From assembly GCF_963921235.1 (NCBI RefSeq), contig NC_086097.1, positions 162,938,001-163,002,000 of the forward strand: a stretch of 64,000 nucleotides of DNA. The letters are read 5' to 3'. Below are positions 52,801-61,800 of this stretch, in pieces. The notes beneath the pieces were generated by a model that worked only from the letters and a program-made list of their open reading frames with translations, made no database searches and had not been told where the DNA came from. The first letter of the stretch is position 1. The number at the start of each line of letters is the position of its first letter. Position numbers and translations under genes: made by a program. The DNA is from Mobula hypostoma. Taxonomy: Eukaryota.

Positions 52801-55800
52801 AGGAAAGAAAAGATGAATTATGAAAGGAAGTTGGTGATTAACATAAAAAAGGATACTAAGAGTTTTTTTAAATACATGAAAAGTAAAAGAGTGACAAGGG
52901 TAGATACGGGACCGATTGAAAGTGATGCTGGAGAAATTATAATGGACAGCAAAGAGATGGCGGAGGAACTGAATGAGTATTTTGCATCAGTCTTCACAGT
53001 GGAAGACATGAGCAATATACCTGATAGCCAGAGGTCTCAGGGAATAGAATTAGGTACAGTCAAGATTACTAGAGAGAAAGTGCTTGGGAAGCTAAGTGGA
53101 CTAAGAATAGATAAGTCTCCCGGTCCGGATGAGGTGCACCCAAGGGTTCTGAAGGAGGTGGCTTTGGAGATTGTGGAAGTATTGGAAATGATCTTCCAGG
53201 AATCAATAGACTCTGGCATGGTTCCGGAGGACTGGAAGGTCGCAAATGTAGTTCCACTATTTAAGAAAGGAAGCAGGCAGCAAAAAGAAAATTACAGACC
53301 TATTAGTCTGACATCGGTTGTTGGAAAGATATTGGACTCAATCCTCAAGGATGAGGTTATGAAATACCTCGAGGTGCATGACAAGATAGGCCGAAGCCAG
53401 CATGGTTTCATGAAGGGAAGATCCTGCCTCACCACTAAGATTGACAAGGGAGAGGCTGTGGATGTTGTGTATTTGGATGTTCAAAAGGCCTTCGATAAGG
53501 TGCCGCATATGATGCTGCTGAATAAGATGAGAGCCCAAGGAATTATAGGAAAGATATTGAAATGGGTGGAGCATTGGCTGATAGGCAGAAAGCAAAGGGT
53601 GGGAATAAAGAGATCCTATTCTGATTGGTTGCTGGTTACTAGTGGTGTTCCGCAGGGGTCGGTGTCGGGGCCGTTTCTTTTTATGATGTATATCGATGAT
53701 TTGGATTATGGATTAAATAGTTTTGTGGCTAAGTTTGCGGATGACACCAAGATAGGTGGAGGAGCAGGAAATGTTGAAGAAACGGAAAGGTTGCAGAGAG
53801 ACTTAGTCAGTTTAGGAGAGTGGGCACAGAAATGGCAGATGAGATACAACGTTGACAAATGTATGGTTGTACATTTTGGAAGAAATAATCGGGCAGATTA
53901 TTATTTAGATAGGGAGAAAATTCAAAAATTGGAAGTGCAAAGGGACTTGGGGGTCCTCGTGCAGGATACCCTAAAGGTTAACCACCAAGTTGGATTGGCG
54001 GTAAGGAAAGTGAATGCTATGTTGGCATTCATTTCAAGGGGAATAGTGTATAAGAGCAAGGAGATGTTGATGAGGCTCTGTGGGGCATTAGTGAGACCTC
54101 ATTTGGAATACTGTGTGCAGTTTTGGGCCCCCTATCTTAGAAAGGATGTACTAATGTTGGAGAGTTCAGAGAAGATTTACAAGGATGAATCCTGGAATGC
54201 AAGGGCTAACATATGAGGAACGTCTGTCGGCTCTTGGACTGTATTCATTAGAGTATAGAAGAATGAGAGGGGATCTCATAGAGACATTTCAAATGTTGAA
54301 AGGGTTGGACAGAGTAGATGTGGAAAGGTTGTTTCCCTTAGTGGGTGAGTCCAGGACAAGAGGCCATAGTCTTAGAATTAGAGGATACCCAGTTAAAACA
54401 GAGATGAGGAGAAATTTTTTTAGCCAGAGGGTCGTGGATTTGTGGAATTCATTGCCACATACAGCTGTGGAGGCCCGATCATTGAGGGTGTTTAAGGAGG
54501 AGATTGACAGGTATCTAATTAGTCAGGGTATCAAGGGATATGGGGAAAAAGCCGGAAATTGGAACTAGATGGGTGAATAGTTTAGCTCATGGGGGAGCTG
54601 CGGAGCAGACTCGATGGGCCGAATGGCCTACTTCTGCTCCTTTGTCTTGTGATCTTGTTCCATCTGCTATTATCCACCCTGCCCGATTCCAGCGCTGTCA
54701 TCTACCAGCCTCTATTCCACCCCTTGTACTGTCATATACTAATAGTATTTCCTCTTCCCTCCCAATGCTGACCTCAGTGACATACCCCTTTTGTCTCTAC
54801 AGATGCTGCCTGCTCTTCCAGCTTTATTTTTATATTTATGTTTTAGATTCCAGCATCTGCAATTTCTTTTACATTCATACCCAGGAGGTGATACTACCAA
54901 ATCTGCTGGTCGGTACAATTCAGTCCAACAAGCATAGCTTCTCATGGTTTTTTTAATGATTTAATTACTGCATTTTCTAATGACAGAGAAGGGAAACGCT
55001 TTAGTCCATGAAGCCGTTGCGGGCTTACAGAGCAATCTCATACCCACTAATTTCCTAAAACCTATTTTTCCCACATTCCCATCAGTTCCCTACCGCTCCC
55101 ACCACTCATTCCACTTACAAAGGGCAATTACTGTACCAATGTATACGTTTTTGGGAGTAGACAGGAGCACCTGGGGAAATACATGGTCACAGGGAGAATG
55201 TACAAACTCCATGGACTCTGTGTGATTCAGGATATGGATGGCAATATTATGGACGAGTTCTGTATTTAAGGCAAGTAGAAAGAAGAGGGATAAGCAAGGA
55301 ATGTTTAGGAATACTCAAGATTGGGGTGACCACAACAGGCAATCTGAGAAAGTTTAAACTGGAGTTCAGGGAATGCAGTGAAGATAAGAGTAGCGCACAC
55401 AAAATGCTGGTCAGGCAGCAGCTAAGTTCAAAATGAAAGAGTCGGCAATTTCAGGCCTAGACCCTTCAATCTGGTCCTGCTGGATTCCATGCAGGAAGAA
55501 TGTTCCTGATGGCTACAGAACCCAGAACCAGTGGTCACAATCTATGGATAATGAAAATGCCAGGTAAGAGTAAGGTGAAGAGAAACTTCTGCTCCTATAA
55601 TGTGGTGAACCTGTAGAATTCCCTACCACAGAAAGCAGTTGAATCCAAATCATTAAATATATTAAATAAGATATAGCTTTAAGGGACAGAAGGATCAAGA
55701 AAATGAGAAAAAGGCTGGAATAAGGTATTAATTTTGGAAGGTCAGCTATGATCATATTGAATAGCAAAGTAGGCTTAAAGGATTAAATAGTCTACCACAG

Positions 55801-58800
55801 CTTAACACATCATGGTAACCAGTCTGCCCTCTATGTACGCTGTTTACATTTCGCACTGCCCCTGTACAGCAGTCAGCATAAAGACCCCATCCACCTCAGA
55901 CATTCTTTTTCCCGCCTTTCTCATTAGGCAGAAAACACAAAACTCTGACAGCATGTACCACCAGGCCAAAGGATAGCTTCTACCCCGAGGTGCTTCTTCT
56001 TCTAGGTACATGTGACAACAATAAACCAATTCCAATTCCAAATTTCGATAACAACAGGAATTATACAGATGCTGGAAATTCAAGCAACATACATCAAAGT
56101 TGCTGGTGAACGCAGCAGGCCAAGCAGCATCTATAGGAAGAGGTGCAGTCGACGTTTCAGGCCGAGACTCTTCGTCAGGACTCATCGAAGGGTCCTGACG
56201 AAGGGTCTCGGCCTGAAACGTCGACTGCACCTCTTCCTATAGATGCTGCTTGGCCTGCTGCGTTCACCAGCAACTTTGATGTATGTTGTCCAAATTTCTA
56301 TGTCTGTTTTCTAAACAGAACAACTGCGTAGAACAACAAGCCCATCAGGCCTGCTCTACTTTAAATAAGATCAGGGCTGATCCCATCTTGGCTTCAAAGC
56401 CACTTTCCTGTTGTCATCCCATAATTGTCAAGTTAGAATTTAAATGTCAGATGTAATACTGAGTTGGCCACTTTAACTCATGTGTATTGGTCTTGTATAA
56501 AGCTAGATAGCTTTTGATAGTGTTTTAAAAACATCTCTCCAAGAGTTTTGGATTTGGATCTACAACCTCAGTTGCTTACGGCAATTTTTAGGATTATCCC
56601 ATCGGAAGCAGGAAATATTCCTGTTTCCGCTCAACATATGATAGCCTTTTCGACCTTACTGGCTAGGAGAGCCATTTTATTGGAGTGGAAGGATTCTAAT
56701 CCACCTACGGTCTTTTATTGGCTCTCCTCCATTATGTCCTGTTTAAGTTTAGAGAAAATAAGAAGTCGGACATTTGATACATCCTTTAAATTTGAACAAA
56801 TATGGTGACCTTTTATCCAATATTTTCATCTAATTTGATTTATTACTCTTTCAAGTGGATTTTTTGAGGTTTTAGATTTGATCAGAAAGTTTTTCTCTCC
56901 TCTTTTTTTGGTTGTATCCTCAAAATGGACTGCCCAGTCCCTTTCCTTTGTTTTGTTTGTTTTTTTTTATATAGTGTAGTGGGTTTTTCCCCCTCTCTAT
57001 TTAAAATCCATTTTTTTTCCTTTCTCCTTTTAACTGGTAAGAGGAGAATTGTTTTTTTTATTATATATTTTACACTTGTTTAACAATATCTATGATTTTG
57101 ACAGTGTCTATTTTAATTTTGGTTACCGATATATATATTCCAACAAATCCTCCTCTTGATTGTATTTGATTGTATCTATGCTTTTTTTAAATCAATAAAA
57201 AGATTAATAAAGAAAGAATTTAAATGTCAGCCTCAGCCTTGAACATATATAATGAATCCATCTCCACAGCTCATTGAAGTAGAAAATTCCAAAGACTTAC
57301 AACACTTGGAGAGAAGAAATTCCTCATCAATTCTATTTGCAACAGGCAACCCCCATTCTCAAACCATACCTGCTAGTATAAGATAGCCCCATGAGGGAAA
57401 TCAGTCTCTCGGCTTATACTCTTCAATTCCCTACATAAGCCAATTTCTTTCAATAAGAACACATCTGTTTTATCAGGCCTAATATCCTTTCAATTTAGAA
57501 AACAACCTCTGGTGAACTCCCACTGCACTGCTTCAATATGAGCCAATTTATCCTTAAATATAGGGACCAAAAGCAAATGCAGCAGTGCAGCTGTGGTCTC
57601 ACAAGGATTCTTTTAATCCAGTTGCATTAAAATTTCCCAACTCGATATTTGGACAAACAGCCTGACAGTTCAGAAGCAGATTGGGGGGGGGGGAATGAAG
57701 AAAATTATGGCATAGAGGACCATACAGGTATGTACCTGAAGACATGCCATTGCTGGTCATTTTCAGGCTATGATTACACAGGAGCAGAAGCAGACAACTA
57801 TGTTGAAGGAGAATACAGTGACTAAGCAAGTCAAAGACTGCAGATAGTTTGAGAAGGATAAATTAACTTGGACTCAATTACAAAGGATATAATTAATGAC
57901 ATTAGGAAAAACTGATTTGGTATTTTACTGGTCTCAACTTCTGGTTTTGCACCCTCATTGTTAGATATTCACAATGTGGAACATTGAGATTTTACGTTGA
58001 ACAGCATACTGGGCGGTGACTCCTAACACTCCATCCAAGAAAATGTGAGGTATAGAGCTGAACGTATAACACTGTAGCTCTTGAAAGAATTAAATCCACT
58101 TTTTGCACATGCTCACCTGTATTGAGCCTCTCTAGCGCTGTTATACTTGGCCCAGATCTGCAGCTGCGTCACATTTGCTAGAACAGTCATCAATCGATCT
58201 CGGTCTATTCCATTATTCGTGTTGAGGTCCACGAAGTTCTCAGGTAGCAAGCGAAGTGCGACTGATTGTTTGTTGTAAGGCTGGAGCAACAAGCCACCAG
58301 GCCCTGTGCTGAGAGCACGACCATTGCCCTGAGTGACCAGAATAGGCATTTGTCAGTTTTTAATGATTGACAGCATTTTCAGTGTCCTTTATTCAGAATA
58401 AAGTCATGATTAAGTGAATCATCACGCAATATAAATAAAGACATTGGAATGAGTGGTACTACATTTGTGTTAGAAATGTTTTAAAATCTAATATAAAAGA
58501 AAAATCTGGCACTTAGCACACAAGTTGCATAAAAATTGTGATTTTCCCTCTGTGTGCCTGATAAAGCAATGTACAGAATACCTCAACCAAGAGCAAAACA
58601 GTACAGTTCATGACATAAATCAGTGATACTAAACCTGATTCTGATTCCTTTTGAGACCCTTCTGAGACTGTCGCCGGCCATGCATCACCTGGGAACACAG
58701 CTATTCACACAGATGCAGGTATTAATGACCTTGTCCTCTGTGTGAAGACATTACCTTAACCAGGATGCTGAGTTGGTTATTCCTCTCAATACAGTCATGA

Positions 58801-61800
58801 AGAGATGAATTCCCACCAACTCAATTTGTGTGAACAAGATCAAATGGGTTTTTCACCACTGTGAGTCTCTGAATACAGTCTGGCACTGTGATAAATAAAA
58901 TCAGGAAGTTCCGGAAATACCCAAAAGGTCAGGCAGCTTCTGTGAAGAGAATGCTGCCAGCATGCTCTGTTTTTATTTCAAATTTCCACCATTTGCAATC
59001 TTCCAAATATGAGCTCCAAGACTGAGCCTGTTTGAAGTCCCCGTCACAGTAGATTTGGTGCCTTTTGTCTGCTTAGTGCTGCTTCCAAGTGCTGTCCAAG
59101 AACTGTTCCATCTGTGGACTGCTGGTAAGTGGTAAATGCCAGGACGCTTCCTTATCTAGACTAGATCTGGTGTCTGGAGACTTCCAGATGTGGAGACAGT
59201 GCTGGGGAACCTGTCCAGCCCACTCCAAATTGCATACGGCTGGTTGGTCTGTCATACCAGTCAGGCAGAACATCTCCAGGAAAAATAATAAGTCGTAATT
59301 TTATGGAAAGGTGGCATTCTGTGAGCACGGTTGCATCAGGTTGCTGCTTGAGTAGTCTGCGGGACAAAGCTCCTACTTTTGTCCCAGGTCACCAATGCTT
59401 ACCTCAGAGTGAGTGGATTCACATTTGCCCCGTCAGCATTCTGCACCTAGGTAAAGTCAATATAATGAAAATAATCTAATCCTGGCTCTTAAACCACAGA
59501 CCAAACTGCTTACGTAGTTAATAACACTGTAGCTCTTGATGAGGTTCTTCTCCTGTAATTACTCATGTAATCTAATCAAGCTCCATGTAATCTAATCAAG
59601 GTCTCAGTCGAATAAATCACAACAGGAAATAATATCAATGTTAGCAATTAATCCCAGAGGTTAGATTATAAATCTATAAGTGGCCACCGTTTGTGATACT
59701 TGCTAATTTTAGTTTTCATTTAGGTTTGTAGCCTCAACCTGCTCCAAATATTTGATACTAAGGCGTTATTTACTAAAATGACTTTTGGCATCAACAGAAG
59801 GGTTTTGATAAGATTCATCATAATGGAGTGTTCCAGGATTAAGCAGGTCTTTATTGTAAATCATTAGCTCTATGAATCATATGGGTTCATTTAAATCAAT
59901 ATAGTTTGGTACAGGTGGCCCCCGTTCTCCGAACGTTCGCTTTATGCCAGCTCGCTGTTACGAAAGACCTACATTAGTTACCTGTTTTCGCTAACTGAAG
60001 TGTAAGGCAATGGAAACTGAGATAAGCATTCCTGAAGGTTTCCTGTGGTTTTTTGAATCCTATGAACTTCTATGGTTCTACAAAGAAAATGTGAAAAGTG
60101 CAGAGATTTCCAGCATCACAGTTTGGTAATTGTTTCTGACATCCTTACCCGAATAATGACACCAATGTTGGAGGTTAGCTGACTACTAACACCTTCCACT
60201 GGAAAATCATTCACCAGAGTAAAGTTCAAGTATCCTCCAAATGCAGTAAGCTGGAAAAGAGATGAATGATATTCATTTATGAGGGCTTCTCCCATGCTTA
60301 GAAAATTCCCAGAAACATACCAATAATTAAAAAGATGTTGCCAGGATAAATTAGAAAACAGATTATTTGTGAACAAGAAATTGGCACCAGATTTTTAAGT
60401 GTTCTCTTTGAATTTATAAAGTTCTGATTTTTTTATAAGAGCTCACCAATGACCAGAAAATGCCATACGGCATTTTCCCTTTCCCACCATCGTTTATCTT
60501 CAAGAGGCAGTGCTTTAAGAAGGCGGCATCTTTCACTAAGGAGCCACACCATCTGGGACATGTCCTCTTCTTGTTAATCAAATGAGGGAGGAGGTACAAG
60601 AACCTGAAGACCCACTTCAAACAAACCTGAAATAGCCTCTTCCCTTTCACATTCAGGTGTCTGTACAATCCTTGAAATATCGTTATCCTTTTTCATAATT
60701 TTTTTAATATGATAGTAATGTTATGTCTTTGCACTGCACTGCTGCCACAAAACAACAATGATCTAGTGAAATAGTGGAAGAAGCTTGATAGTTACAATGG
60801 TCATCTTCTGAACTATGATTCCAAATAAACTGCTTCAAAATATTCATGTTAGTTATATTGAAAAAAATTCGTTCACTTTGTCTTCTCAGTCAATCTTTCT
60901 TCTTCATCCTGTTGCATCATTAATTGGAGTACAATTAAATTTCAATCAACATTTTTCACCTCCTACCACATTGGCTTAAAAGTTGCTGCCCATAAGGGTG
61001 TAAGAAATACAGGGGGGTAGTTCCTCTGATTCCTTGTTCATTCAATAAGCATGGCTGATATTCTACCTCAGCATAATTTTCCTTGGTAATCCAATACCTC
61101 TTGCTTTCTGTAACATTCAAAAATCTACTACAGTCTGCATTGAATATGGTCAGTGGCTATGAGCAGGGAATTGTACGATCCACTATCCTCTGGATGAACA
61201 ACTTCCCTCGCCCATTCTCCCAAATGGTTAACAATTTGAGATTGTGATCCCCGCTTCTGCCAGGTGAAATATTATCCCTGCACCTTCCCTGTGAAACCCC
61301 ATAGGAATTTTGTAGATTTGACTGAGGCCACCTCTGATTCTTCTGAAGTCCAGGGAGTTTTCATCCCACTCTGCATAACCTTTCCACATAAGCAAACCGG
61401 CATCCAAGGAGCTGACCTGTGAATTCTGATCGCACACTCTATATTGGAATGTCTGTGCGCAGCATTCCAGATAGTTTCACAAGAACTCTTTACAAATTCA
61501 GTGACACTTTCCTGCTATTCTTCAATCTAGCAATGAAGCCCAACATATACAGTCATTGAGTTATAGAGTAATACAGCATGGCAACAGGCCCCTTGGTCCT
61601 ACTTATCCATGCTGACCAGAAACCTCACCTAAGCAAGTCCAATTTGCCTGCATTTGGCCCATATCTCTCCGAACCATTCATATCCATTCATCTTCTAAAG
61701 GTTGTTATCATACCATTATTGTACATTTCATTTGCCTTTCCAATTGCTTTTAAGAATCAATACATTTAATATTCACGTACAAGGATACCCATGACTAACA

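Larger units (their letters stand above)
56047..56288. mobile_element. PLE-derived fold-back mini-element
   Basis: Inverted arms 56085-56181 and 56192-56288 (96/97 identical); 10-bp TSD TCCAAATTTC at 56037-56046 and 56289-56298. Confidence 0.85.

Noticed and set aside
52102..54568. Active CR1 ORF2
   Set aside because: 5'-truncated, with an in-frame TAG, a deletion in RT and a frameshift.
55844..56331. Two near-identical peptides on opposite strands (MQSTFQAETLRQD...)
   Set aside because: Artefact of translating the DNA palindrome.
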